This document shows, piece after piece, positions 10,072 to 19,371 of a stretch of DNA of 64,000 bases. The stretch's first letter is position 1, and every line of letters starts with the position of its first letter. Below the pieces are notes generated by a model. The model was not told the origin of the DNA and searched no databases. It was given only the letters and a program-made list of their open reading frames with translations. The stretch is from a virus. Made by a program: the position numbers and the translations under genes. The stretch covers positions 34,857-98,856 of IMG/VR virus record IMGVR_UViG_3300033145_001746; one strand, 5' to 3'.

Positions 10072-11134
10072 CTATTCTCATAAGCGATAAGACATAATAG
10101 CATCCCGATTCAGATAAATTAAATGTCTTGGCTATACTTTTAATCGCAGCTCCATTATTTTTAAGTTTTAAAATTTCATTATTTCTGGCAGTAAATATTC
10201 TTTTTTGTATCTTATCTTGTCTGTAAGCCTTCTTTGTTTTAAGAAAGCTATAAAATTTATTTTTCTTTCTATTTAAAGCTAAATCATTTATATCTTTATA
10301 AAGCCATACAAATATTTTTTCCGCATAACTAGAGCCTTTCCTTATAATATGTCTACGATTGTCATATGTACACACATTACATTTTATATTCAAACACATA
10401 TCAATAGCATTACACAGATCATTTATTTGACCTGCCGAGCCAGATGTAATTGAAAAACATAGTTGTAATCTAGATTTGTTCCAACATATTGTGCCATCTC
10501 CATCAAAATAGCCTCTTATATAGTGTCTTATCAACGACTTAGGTAATTTTGGCATAGTTATTGTCATAGATTTATTAGGATATATATTAAAATTATTTTT
10601 AAGATCTGTGGCCATTAGTTTGGAACAGACCGTGATTCCAACAATGTTTTTCGGCTTTGGACTTATTGGCTGATTTCCTCCAATAGCCGACAAGAATTTT
10701 GCCAAATGTTGGGCATCTCTTTTTTGTAAACCAACACCAATCGAGTTTTTGTAAACATTTCCGTCAGCAGCTAAAAACCCGGCCCAATAGCAACTTTCAA
10801 CAGAAAACTTATTAAAAAACCTTTCATTAAAAAAATATTTTCTGGTGCCGTGCCTGTAATTTATACTATATTTCTTTAATATATTATATACAGTTTTAAT
10901 ATTTATATTATATGTTTTTGCTACATTGAGTGCCGAACAACCAGACATATATTTTTTTATAAGATTTTTTTTGTTGTCGTCATTTAATGTAGCAGTTCTA
11001 GATATAATATTATATTCTTTTAATATGTGATATATAACACGTCTATTAATATTAAATTTGAGAGCAATATCGTTAACACAATGGTCGGATCTGTATAGCA
11101 AACAAACTTCTTCTTTTTGTTGACTTAAAATCAT
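10019..11134 (-). CDS. LAGLIDADG homing endonuclease with HTH repeats
   Basis: YWAGFLAADG and YIRGYFDGDG motifs; N- and C-terminal HTH-like segments. Confidence 0.9.
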   Translation of the reverse strand: MILSQQKEEVCLLYRSDHCVNDIALKFNINRRVIYHILKEYNIISRTATLNDDNKKNLIKKYMSGCSALNVAKTYNINIKTVYNILKKYSINYRHGTRKYFFNERFFNKFSVESCYWAGFLAADGNVYKNSIGVGLQKRDAQHLAKFLSAIGGNQPISPKPKNIVGITVCSKLMATDLKNNFNIYPNKSMTITMPKLPKSLIRHYIRGYFDGDGTICWNKSRLQLCFSITSGSAGQINDLCNAIDMCLNIKCNVCTYDNRRHIIRKGSSYAEKIFVWLYKDINDLALNRKKNKFYSFLKTKKAYRQDKIQKRIFTARNNEILKLKNNGAAIKSIAKTFNLSESGCYYVLSLMRIDEIIRPAEIVRQNSKRT

Positions 11135-12624
11135 TATTCTTTAACTTCAAACACTTCTTCTTCTATAGGTTTTTTTTCTGTTAGCTCTTCCAAATCTACA
11201 TTAGGAGGCGCGGTTTTTTCTTCTTTAAGACCGCCTTTTAGTTTTTCTACAACCTTATTAAGTCTGGTACCCACATATATATTTAATTCTAAAGCCTTCG
11301 CGATTGCTTCTCCTAGTTCCGGAAAATGAGAGGCTATGTTCATGGAATCTAGCATCATATCAGCCTTGGCAAGACCACGCACAAAACGCCTCTCGCTGAG
11401 TTCTCTACTTAGTGGCTCAAGAACTTCTAGGACATCCTGTACCGTTTTGCCAGAAAATGGGTTGTCGTCATCCTTTGGTTCTTCTATGGGCTCTTGCTCA
11501 ATAGGCTCCTCTTCTGTTACAGATGGTGGCTCTTCGGATGCTGGCAACTCATCACCGGCACCTGCTGGCGGTTCCATACCTTCCATCTCTTCTGGTGGAG
11601 GCATACTTTCTCCACCCATATCACCAAGACCACCTAGCTCTTCCGATGCAAGGTCGGCGTCTGGTTTGCTGTCATATTCACGACCACTTAGTGCCTGATC
11701 AATTTGTGAAGCTAGATCTCCAGGAGGTGCGGCAATTTTCTTTAACACCTCAGCTCCCTCCGAAAAACCGCCGCGCTCCCAAATATTGGCAGTACGAATG
11801 ATACAGTCAGAAATCATGGAAGCAGTATTAACCATCATTACTTCCCGCTTTAAATCTGACAAAGCCTGATGAAGTCTATTATAAGAACTAGTTGTAAGTG
11901 CTAAGCGAAACTTATATAGGAGTCTCTCAGCAGCGTTAAATCTACTTATCAGAGCTTCTTTAATGTCTCGCTGAGTCTTCTCTTTCTTTTGTTTTACCGC
12001 TTTTGGGGTCAATGTTTCTAGTGGCGGCATAACTCTAGGTGCTAAAGTTGGGACTTCTAAAGGAGCAGCCGTTACTGTGACGCCGTATTTTTCATGGTCT
12101 TTGGCTTCATAGTATTTTGACCAAGCTCTAAAATCAAGTTTCTCCATGGGAGTCCATTCCTCCATAATTCTTTTACTAGCATCTTCTCTGCTTTCTCCAC
12201 CTCTCATTGATGCGTAAATTTCTCCAAGTGCCTTAACCCACTTATTTACATCTCTTCTGGTCTTTGCGTTTGACTCGTGAACGCCCATAGTATTAGGATA
12301 TGCTAGCTTGTGCTTAAATAATTGTTTAAGGGCCATAAATACTGCTTCTCTAATTTTTGTTAAATCAATGTCATTTGTGCTCTTTAAGTTTTTGAATGAT
12401 ACGGACACTACGTTTTTCCTATCACCAATCTTAGGGTATCCAAATTCATGACACAGATCGTCGCAGAAGTTATCTAAATAGAAAAGCAGGTTCCGCTCCC
12501 TGTCATTGCCAACACCCAGGTCTGACATTCTAGCCGCGTCATCATAAACGAGTTGCTGCAGATCAGGTGTCATACCTGTATCGGACATATTCACCATTAG
12601 GTCATCAACGTAATTAGTCGCCAT
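11134..12624 (-). CDS. Putative head/scaffold-associated protein
   Basis: Long ORF with an acidic Pro/Glu-rich linker, a degenerate module IIRTANIWERGGFSEGAEVL and KKIA/HKLA sites. Confidence 0.5.
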   Translation of the reverse strand: MATNYVDDLMVNMSDTGMTPDLQQLVYDDAARMSDLGVGNDRERNLLFYLDNFCDDLCHEFGYPKIGDRKNVVSVSFKNLKSTNDIDLTKIREAVFMALKQLFKHKLAYPNTMGVHESNAKTRRDVNKWVKALGEIYASMRGGESREDASKRIMEEWTPMEKLDFRAWSKYYEAKDHEKYGVTVTAAPLEVPTLAPRVMPPLETLTPKAVKQKKEKTQRDIKEALISRFNAAERLLYKFRLALTTSSYNRLHQALSDLKREVMMVNTASMISDCIIRTANIWERGGFSEGAEVLKKIAAPPGDLASQIDQALSGREYDSKPDADLASEELGGLGDMGGESMPPPEEMEGMEPPAGAGDELPASEEPPSVTEEEPIEQEPIEEPKDDDNPFSGKTVQDVLEVLEPLSRELSERRFVRGLAKADMMLDSMNIASHFPELGEAIAKALELNIYVGTRLNKVVEKLKGGLKEEKTAPPNVDLEELTEKKPIEEEVFEVKE

Positions 12625-13363
12625 TTTCTACTTTAATCTCCTCAATGTGAACTTCAAGAATATTTTTCGTGTTGTCACGCATACTACTCAAACTCTCCTC
12701 TTTCTTTGGAGAATATGCTAAGCCATCCATCCTGGCACTAAGTTTATCATAAAACTTAAGAGCTAGAACTGGACTCATTTCACCCATAACTTCTCTAACA
12801 GTTTCTCTAATCACTGCCATCTGATCTTCAATGACTGTGATATTTATGTTTGTTTCTGTAGTTCTATCAGCTATTCTGTCAACATATTTGGCCCATTGCT
12901 GAATGGTAGTAGTCCAACTGGCAAAATATTTATGCAGATTTGCTTCTTCGTTTATAGAAAGATCTCCGTTTGCAGATTTATTAAATAGATCTTCAACTCT
13001 AGCCTTAACCAAAACAAGAAGTTCTCTGAGCTGTTGAGGTATGTCAACGTGTAAATCAATAGCTTCTTGTAGCTTTTCCTGATAAGCTGGTATTCTCTTG
13101 AGTTGAGTTTCTTCTTTTTTGATTTCTTTAAGTTCCTTTTTTTCTTTAGCTAAAAGCTTTACTTCTTCAAGAGCTTTGCCTTCTAAACTTAACTTTTCCT
13201 TTCTAAATTTTTGTAATGTAGGAACTGAAACCCATAACTTCTTATTATTGGGTTGAAGCTCTCTAATAGCTTTGGCAACTGCTCTAACTCCTTGTCCTTG
13301 AGTCAACATTCGCACAATGGTATTTCTATCTGGATGAGACAATATTTTTTTAAAAGAAGACAT
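12614..13363 (-). CDS. HTH + coiled-coil protein (terminase small subunit-like possible)
   Basis: N-terminal HTH-like IVRMLTQGQGVRAVAKAI...VSVPTLQKFR, then helical oligomerisation-like region. Start at MSSFKK after AGGTGG. Confidence 0.4.
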   Translation of the reverse strand: MSSFKKILSHPDRNTIVRMLTQGQGVRAVAKAIRELQPNNKKLWVSVPTLQKFRKEKLSLEGKALEEVKLLAKEKKELKEIKKEETQLKRIPAYQEKLQEAIDLHVDIPQQLRELLVLVKARVEDLFNKSANGDLSINEEANLHKYFASWTTTIQQWAKYVDRIADRTTETNINITVIEDQMAVIRETVREVMGEMSPVLALKFYDKLSARMDGLAYSPKKEESLSSMRDNTKNILEVHIEEIKVENGD

Positions 13364-13455
13364 TAACCACCTAAACCTAAAATGCCCGCACAGATACTCA
13401 TACACCTGTTGTGTAAAGTTCGAGAACCTATACGGGCGAATAACACTTTTTTCAC

Positions 13456-14466
13456 TTAGTTCATTCTATTCAAAATTGACTGGCGACTATCATATATTCT
13501 CATTGGAATGCCACCATAATTTGTTGTAGTTGGGGTTTGTGCCGCCACGCTCCCGCCCGGAACTCTCTGTCCTTGATAATTTTTATATCCCGCCTCATAG
13601 TTATATATTCTACCATCAATCGGACATTGATATGTCCGCTCAGATACGCGGAATGTTTGTACTCCAATATGATCGGGACAATATCTTGTTGATAAAGATC
13701 CTTCTCGCGGCTGTTGTATGGGCTCCACAACTTCTATTTCTTGTCCTATCTTTCTGGTTCGTGGAATAAAGCCATAATTTGCCATCTTCAATATGGAGCG
13801 ATCAACCTTACTTGCTAGTTTGTGAAAACCTTTATTATCCAAATAGCTTGCTAGTCGCAACATTTCTTCAGAATCACCGGCACCAGTAGATTTTAAACCT
13901 GCTAGAGCACCGGATATAGCTTTGTTCAACCTAAAGATCTTGGCTCTAAGTTGTTTCCTATCATATTCATTCATTTGGGCCATCTGGGACCAATTAAGGA
14001 GCGACATTTGCGCTTCTTCTAATTCCTGTAAAACATTCGGTGTCAAAGCTGCTTTCTTGGAGAATTTAGCATGTTGTATTGAACGGGCAATATCATCAAC
14101 ACAATCCGCCAACATATGCTCACCAGCCTCATCTAACTCGCCAGCAATCTTTACAAGTTCCTGTGTAGTAGAAGCTATCACAAGCCCTGGTTTAGCGACC
14201 GTCACTACCTGTGTTTTAAATGTGTTGATCAAATTACCAAGTCCAGCAACAGTTTGAGAAACTCTTACCATATGCTGATGAATATCTTTTCTCTCTTTGG
14301 GGCTTAAAAAAGAGCGGTTGACTCCGTTTCTTCCACGCACAGGCTCCGAATTAATCTTGCCAATATAGTTTCTTAGATCACCGACATATTTGCTCAATGC
14401 GTAATGAGTATGAACTAATCCATTTAAGACGATTTTTAAAGAATTTACTACCTTGGCATCAGCCAT
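13456..14466 (-). CDS. Putative internal virion protein with two LDxxG modules and C-terminal CPxH..CP motif
   Basis: LVKIAGELDEAGEHMLADCVD and MLRLASYLDNKGFHKLASKVD; LSTRYCPDH...YQCPIDG. Confidence 0.55.
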   Translation of the reverse strand: MADAKVVNSLKIVLNGLVHTHYALSKYVGDLRNYIGKINSEPVRGRNGVNRSFLSPKERKDIHQHMVRVSQTVAGLGNLINTFKTQVVTVAKPGLVIASTTQELVKIAGELDEAGEHMLADCVDDIARSIQHAKFSKKAALTPNVLQELEEAQMSLLNWSQMAQMNEYDRKQLRAKIFRLNKAISGALAGLKSTGAGDSEEMLRLASYLDNKGFHKLASKVDRSILKMANYGFIPRTRKIGQEIEVVEPIQQPREGSLSTRYCPDHIGVQTFRVSERTYQCPIDGRIYNYEAGYKNYQGQRVPGGSVAAQTPTTTNYGGIPMRIYDSRQSILNRMN

Positions 14467-14468
14467 CT

Positions 14469-16148
14469 TTAGTCACCTACCAATACTTTTGCTGTGCTGA
14501 AAAATGCACCATCTGGATCGTCAGTCGTTTTATAGGTTGATTTTCTATGATAAACTCCGTTTGCGTCTCTAACCAAAGCATGAGCTGGTAAACCAAACTG
14601 CTTATGAATTGGATAAATCGAATTAGGAGATTGTACGAATTGGTCAGCATCGTCAAAGGATTGCTTTAGGCTCTCCCCTGATTTCTTAAGTCCAGCAAGC
14701 ATTGCGTGATAATCAGCAACTACAGTACGATATGTATCTTCGTCAAAACGATTAGCAATTACTTCAAGAGCTTCATCACAGGTATCAAAATCATTTTCAG
14801 AAGCAGAGCGAACCATAGTGTTTTTCAGTTCACTTAGATTCATACTATGAAGAGCACTGTCTCGGCAAACAGCAACATCTATTGTTCCGGCGTCTCGCAT
14901 TGCGATTGCGTGTATACTTGCTGCGTCAAATTTAGCAACATAATCACCCTTAGCAAATACGGCTGGTAGTAGAGGAGCATTACCATTCATCTCAATAGGA
15001 ACCTCTATGCTGAATTTTCCTTGTGGAGTATTCAGAATGGCTTCACAAATAAAGCCATCGTGAGTGGCAGAAGCCACTCGGATCTGAGATCCTTTAAATC
15101 CCATAGAGCCAAGCTCTGCTATAATCATTCGTTTTGCGAGTCGCACAGTGGCCTGCGGATAACCTACAGCAGCTTCCATTACACTTTCCTCTAGATCGGA
15201 GGCAACTACTTTAAGTTCTTTTGGAATAGGTGCTATAGGAATTTCAACATCTCTCATATCATCTTTTTGGTCAGGCAGATTGGCAAAAAGACCTGGTCCT
15301 GAAACGCCTTCGCTTCCATTGTCTTGAGGCAGGGTTGACGCCAACTTAGAAAAGTTTTCGTCGGAAACACTTTGTTTATCAGCTTTAATAGCTAGGTCAA
15401 GCGATTGTAGTACAGCTGACACGTTAGGAAGGCAATCCTGACGCATAGCAGCTTCTTCTAAATACGCCCCAAGGTTTGTGGCTGTAAGAGTCTCAAATCT
15501 ATTACCAGCAACAAAAATACTTGGGAACTTGGTTCCTGTGGACTCTGTTGGGATATAGACTCTAACAGCTCCTCGGTTTGTATCGAGATCCGCAGCAAAT
15601 ACTAGGAACCTAGAGTTTCCACCAGCAATCCGAGTTCTCGGATTAACAACGCCAAGAGTCTGTAGTTCATGCTCAACTCTTTGTTTAGCACTCGCAGCGA
15701 GCTGTGGATCATACTTGTCAGAGGCAGCTTCAAATAGCTGATCAAATCCGCTCTTTACTTCATGATCAACGCCATAATCAATTGCGTCCTGTGTAGGATC
15801 ATCTCTAAGTCCATTGATGTATTTCGTGTTTGTAACATCAACTTGACCAGGAAGGTCTGAGACCAGAAGGTCACCCAATACCTCTCTAAATCGAGTCCCA
15901 CTGGCGTTAAGGCCAACAAGCTCGTTGTAGAGTTTATCTACATCGCCTTGGCTAATTAACGCCCTTGGATCTTTACTACAAACCCGTTCAATTACGCTAG
16001 CAACCGATTTGATTACAATATCCTGAGGATGATCCCCAGCTGCCTTTTGTAATCTTTCATTAAGATCGCCAATCACATAGTGTTTGCCCTGCTCTAATTT
16101 AGCTAGCAAAAGTTCTGCCTGACTTTTGAGAGCGCCAAAATTAGTCAT
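14469..16148 (-). CDS. Large head-cluster protein with an internally duplicated alpha/beta domain
   Basis: Two similar segments (AKQRVEHELQTLG...LDTNRGAVRVYIPTE...FPSIF and AKRMIIAELGSMG...LNTPQGKFSIEVPIE...LPAVF). Start at MTNFG after GGAGG. Confidence 0.65.
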   Translation of the reverse strand: MTNFGALKSQAELLLAKLEQGKHYVIGDLNERLQKAAGDHPQDIVIKSVASVIERVCSKDPRALISQGDVDKLYNELVGLNASGTRFREVLGDLLVSDLPGQVDVTNTKYINGLRDDPTQDAIDYGVDHEVKSGFDQLFEAASDKYDPQLAASAKQRVEHELQTLGVVNPRTRIAGGNSRFLVFAADLDTNRGAVRVYIPTESTGTKFPSIFVAGNRFETLTATNLGAYLEEAAMRQDCLPNVSAVLQSLDLAIKADKQSVSDENFSKLASTLPQDNGSEGVSGPGLFANLPDQKDDMRDVEIPIAPIPKELKVVASDLEESVMEAAVGYPQATVRLAKRMIIAELGSMGFKGSQIRVASATHDGFICEAILNTPQGKFSIEVPIEMNGNAPLLPAVFAKGDYVAKFDAASIHAIAMRDAGTIDVAVCRDSALHSMNLSELKNTMVRSASENDFDTCDEALEVIANRFDEDTYRTVVADYHAMLAGLKKSGESLKQSFDDADQFVQSPNSIYPIHKQFGLPAHALVRDANGVYHRKSTYKTTDDPDGAFFSTAKVLVGD

Positions 16149-16209
16149 TTGTTGTTGCCTCCAGTTTATTTTCATCAGAATCTTCATTTATATTTAAAAT
16201 CTCCAGATA

Positions 16210-17085
16210 TTATCTGGTTTTGTTAGTTAGTTTCGCTTCCAGAGCTGCCAAGACAGGATCATCGGCCAAATCACCAGGCTTTCCGCCCATATCAATTCCG
16301 CCAAGAGGATCATCACCAATATCAAGATTTATAGTGGCATCTTCTTTCTTTGTTTTAACCTGCTCAGTCCACTTTTTAGCAAGCTCATTTGGTTGCTGTT
16401 TCTTTAATTCCTGCTGCCTCATGTATTTTGTTTGACTTGGAGTTGGATATACTTTGGCCTCACCAGGGACTATAAGAGGCATTGCCAGAATTTGTGGAAG
16501 TAGATCAGCAAGCAGCATTTTATCATATCCAGGAATTACAGAAGACTTATCGTCATGAGACATGGTTTTCCACTGCTCAACCTTCTGCTTTTGTTCGGGA
16601 GTATAATCTCCAGCATCCTGCTCGTCTTCATACATGCCAAAAATACTCTGTAAAACATCCTTTTTTTCTTTAGGAAGACTCCCAATTAGGGCCTCAACAA
16701 ATTTCGCATCGGAAGCTAGCTTCCTGAAAATAACGCCCTGAAGAACTTTTCCATCTTCAGGGGTTTCAGCGCCATGATCGGCAGCATCTATGCGTTTGAT
16801 AGGAACATTTTTATAAGTGATAGTAAAATGGGCACACTTTTTGTCGGCCATCACTGACCAATCCGACTCAACCTCTATCTCATCATCTGGCAAAGAATAA
16901 GTGCGTACAAGAAAATCGCCATCATCTGCTGATTGTACTTGCCATAGATCCTCTGCTTCATCTCCCTTTAAACGAAATAGGTCAAACGCTACTCTAATCA
17001 TTCTATGTTCATTTCCCTGTACAGGAAGATGATTGTTGTCCATCATTTTTGCTATGCCAGAAAAATCTATTCCGAATTTATCCAT
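16210..17085 (-). CDS. Hypothetical protein (first long gene of the head cluster)
   Basis: Long ORF with GGAG upstream; RVA, KKCA and RKLA sites. Confidence 0.65.
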   Translation of the reverse strand: MDKFGIDFSGIAKMMDNNHLPVQGNEHRMIRVAFDLFRLKGDEAEDLWQVQSADDGDFLVRTYSLPDDEIEVESDWSVMADKKCAHFTITYKNVPIKRIDAADHGAETPEDGKVLQGVIFRKLASDAKFVEALIGSLPKEKKDVLQSIFGMYEDEQDAGDYTPEQKQKVEQWKTMSHDDKSSVIPGYDKMLLADLLPQILAMPLIVPGEAKVYPTPSQTKYMRQQELKKQQPNELAKKWTEQVKTKKEDATINLDIGDDPLGGIDMGGKPGDLADDPVLAALEAKLTNKTR

Positions 17086-17203
17086 ATTGTCTCCAAGATT
17101 TAACTATATGTATTACTTTATTTATTGTTGCTATACTAACATGAAAACTATCAGCTAAATTTCTTTGCGTAATATTTTCAACTTTGTAAATACCAGATCT
17201 CAT
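17078..17203 (-). pseudogene. Internally deleted GIY-YIG homing endonuclease remnant (41-aa mini-ORF)
   Basis: MRSGIYKVENI joined directly to TQRNLADSFHVSIATINKVIHIVKSWRQYG*. This is a GIY N-terminus fused to a C-terminal HTH; the SD GGAG is retained. Confidence 0.65.
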
Positions 17204-17237
17204 TAAAATATTCTCCAATATCACATAAATATCAATG

Positions 17238-17246
17238 TATTAATAG
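17238..17246 (-). promoter_or_regulatory. Candidate phage late promoter CTATTAATA
   Basis: The same motif recurs 29-54 nt upstream of start codons at four intergenic sites; this copy heads the structural cluster, just after a terminator. Confidence 0.5.
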
Positions 17247-17440
17247 AAAATGACAAGTAGATGGTAGACACAACGCACTTGCTGAAAAGAAGAAGAGAAC
17301 ATATCGTATCACTTTAACTATCTAAATGTATGATATATTAGCAGAAAGCGACGTAAATTAATGAAATCATTGAAATGACGCGCCGAGTCGTATGTGAAAA
17401 TAGGCCGACTACCCCGATTATTTTACTAATACATTAAAAC

Positions 17441-17476
17441 AAAAAAAGACCCTGGAGCGCGGAGCCCCAGGGTCTT
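17441..17476 (-). terminator. Rho-independent terminator ending the replication-side operon
   Basis: Minus strand AAGACCCTGGGGC-TCCG-CGCTCCAGGGTCTT followed by a T run. Confidence 0.85.
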
Positions 17477-17483
17477 GATTAAA

Positions 17484-17711
17484 CTATACGATTTTTATCA
17501 TCTTTTGCACATTACTGTCATGTTTATATACTACTCTTACCTCGTCAATTTTCTTTTTTTCTTTGCCAACTTGAACATAAAAAAATTTCATGCCGAGCAC
17601 CTTTGCTATTATAACTGGAATATATTGATCCTCGTTTATATATAGTAGTATATCGCTTGCCGTATTAAATTTAAAAACTTCCTTTCCAGATACTAGCTCT
17701 ATAATAAGCAT
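17484..17711 (-). CDS. Small hypothetical protein
   Basis: ORF abutting its upstream gene and ending just before the terminator. Confidence 0.55.
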   Translation of the reverse strand: MLIIELVSGKEVFKFNTASDILLYINEDQYIPVIIAKVLGMKFFYVQVGKEKKKIDEVRVVYKHDSNVQKMIKIV

Positions 17712-17713
17712 TA

Positions 17714-17959
17714 TTATTGGTTTGTTTTCTCCTCAATATATTCAGACTCATCTTCCAAAGCGATTTTAGTCGGATCCATTTCATCCCAAAAAACTTGGAA
17801 ATCGACTATCTCTATGTGGCCCGATACCACATAACAGTGCTCTTCTTTAATGACTTGACTAGAAATAACGCTCTTTAATGCCTCGCGATCAAAAAAGTGC
17901 CAAAACTCTGTAGTACCAAGGTTACCTCGTAACACAAGGGTATAAGCTTCCTTTGTCAT
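17714..17959 (-). CDS. Small hypothetical protein
   Basis: TAATG-coupled to the upstream gene. Confidence 0.6.
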   Translation of the reverse strand: MTKEAYTLVLRGNLGTTEFWHFFDREALKSVISSQVIKEEHCYVVSGHIEIVDFQVFWDEMDPTKIALEDESEYIEEKTNQ

Positions 17960-18921
17960 TAATTTCCATTCTTTCGGCAGCCACGATATATTATAATATC
18001 TGTTGCTCTCGACAAATGATAAGAAACCTTACCATATGTGAACCCCATTCTATCAGCCACCTGTTGATATGTCATCCCACTATTATATAACTGTTTCATT
18101 TTTAAAATATTATCCTTTAAGTTCTGCTTTTTCAGATCAATACAGCGTCGGATCTCTATTGCCTTATAATATTTATTTAATTTCCTGATAAGGCAAAAAT
18201 TAACATCGACGTGTTCGTATAACCACTTAAGTATTGTTTCAGCCCTTTTTCTACTATAATTTATAGTATAATATGTCGTATCATACCCTTTACATTTCGT
18301 TAGAGTGATGTTAGCATCTATAGATAACCTCTTGTAAATAACATCTCTTATCCATTCTATCATAGATTTGGCTCCGCCAACGACGCTAATTCCAATACCC
18401 TTATCTGGCGTAAAATAAATGCAGCCGTCTCCGTCTACATATCCGCGAATAAAATTTTTTTCTAACTCAATTCCACATATATTGGGTGGTAGAAGAGTTA
18501 GAGATTTTTTAGGCGTAATATTATAATATTTCAGCAAATCTAATGTAATTTGTTTTGATCTAATACAAAAACGGGCCGAAGTGCCCCTTATCCTTGCCTT
18601 ATTGTTTGATTTTAAAAATGCGAAAAATTTATTTAAATGATTAAAATCACCTTTTTGAAGGGCTATTTTTAAAAAATGTTTATAAACACAACCATCTGCG
18701 GCGATGAATCCTGCCCAATAACATGCGTTTGTTGTAACATCAGAAAAAGATTTATGGTCAAGGGCATATTTTCTTTTAATGTTATGCTTTGCGCAAAACG
18801 CTTGTAGTTTAGATCTTCCACATCCTATGACTTCAGCCGCTCGTTGAAGACTTTTAGTGCTGTTATAAATCTTATTGACTTCAAATATGTTTAATGACTT
18901 GGTATGTTTAGCAACAGTCAT
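17959..18921 (-). CDS. LAGLIDADG homing endonuclease
   Basis: YWAGFIAADG and FIRGYVDGDG; C-terminal HTH (MTYQQVADRMG). Confidence 0.9.
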   Translation of the reverse strand: MTVAKHTKSLNIFEVNKIYNSTKSLQRAAEVIGCGRSKLQAFCAKHNIKRKYALDHKSFSDVTTNACYWAGFIAADGCVYKHFLKIALQKGDFNHLNKFFAFLKSNNKARIRGTSARFCIRSKQITLDLLKYYNITPKKSLTLLPPNICGIELEKNFIRGYVDGDGCIYFTPDKGIGISVVGGAKSMIEWIRDVIYKRLSIDANITLTKCKGYDTTYYTINYSRKRAETILKWLYEHVDVNFCLIRKLNKYYKAIEIRRCIDLKKQNLKDNILKMKQLYNSGMTYQQVADRMGFTYGKVSYHLSRATDIIIYRGCRKNGN

Positions 18922-19352
18922 TCTCCACGCAATGTTTCCATTTTCTTAAGGATTTCCAACACTTTCTCATCTTTAGCACACACCTTCTTCAGTTTTTTAA
19001 TTGCTCCACCATAACGTTTTTTGCCATTAGCGTAATCTATATTGCCCATCAATAATTTATGTACCGTTGTCTGATGAATGCCGAGTTGTTCCGCTATCTG
19101 TATTTGCGTCAAACCTTGAAGTCTAAGCGTAACTACTTCGCACTGCCTCTCGGTTAAATTAGTGCTGATAATACGTAAGACTTCTTTCATTAGCTGTTGT
19201 CTCAATTCGTAAAACTTCTCGGAATATTTAGCCAAGTTGAGCTGTGCGCCCAAACTTTCGACCAATGGAAAATCGCTAAGGACAGTGGGGTCCACAGCTA
19301 TCTCAACAATTTTATACTGGTAGCTGTCAGACTTATTTTTTTTACGAGCCAT
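18918..19352 (-). CDS. Sigma-70 region 4 / LuxR-like HTH protein
   Basis: LTERQCEVVTLRLQGLTQIQIAEQLGIHQTTVHKLL; no region 2 visible. Start at MARKKNK. Confidence 0.7.
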   Translation of the reverse strand: MARKKNKSDSYQYKIVEIAVDPTVLSDFPLVESLGAQLNLAKYSEKFYELRQQLMKEVLRIISTNLTERQCEVVTLRLQGLTQIQIAEQLGIHQTTVHKLLMGNIDYANGKKRYGGAIKKLKKVCAKDEKVLEILKKMETLRGE

Positions 19353-19371
19353 GCTCCACACCTCTGAAGTT

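Noticed and set aside
17247-17440. Largest non-coding stretch as a tRNA, ncRNA or replication origin
   Set aside because: I could not see a cloverleaf, T-loop consensus, iterons or a convincing stem; left unassigned.
5833-18921. Group I introns hosting the LAGLIDADG genes
   Set aside because: The endonuclease ORFs abut or overlap intact neighbours, leaving no room for ribozyme cores, and flanking genes do not look like split exons.
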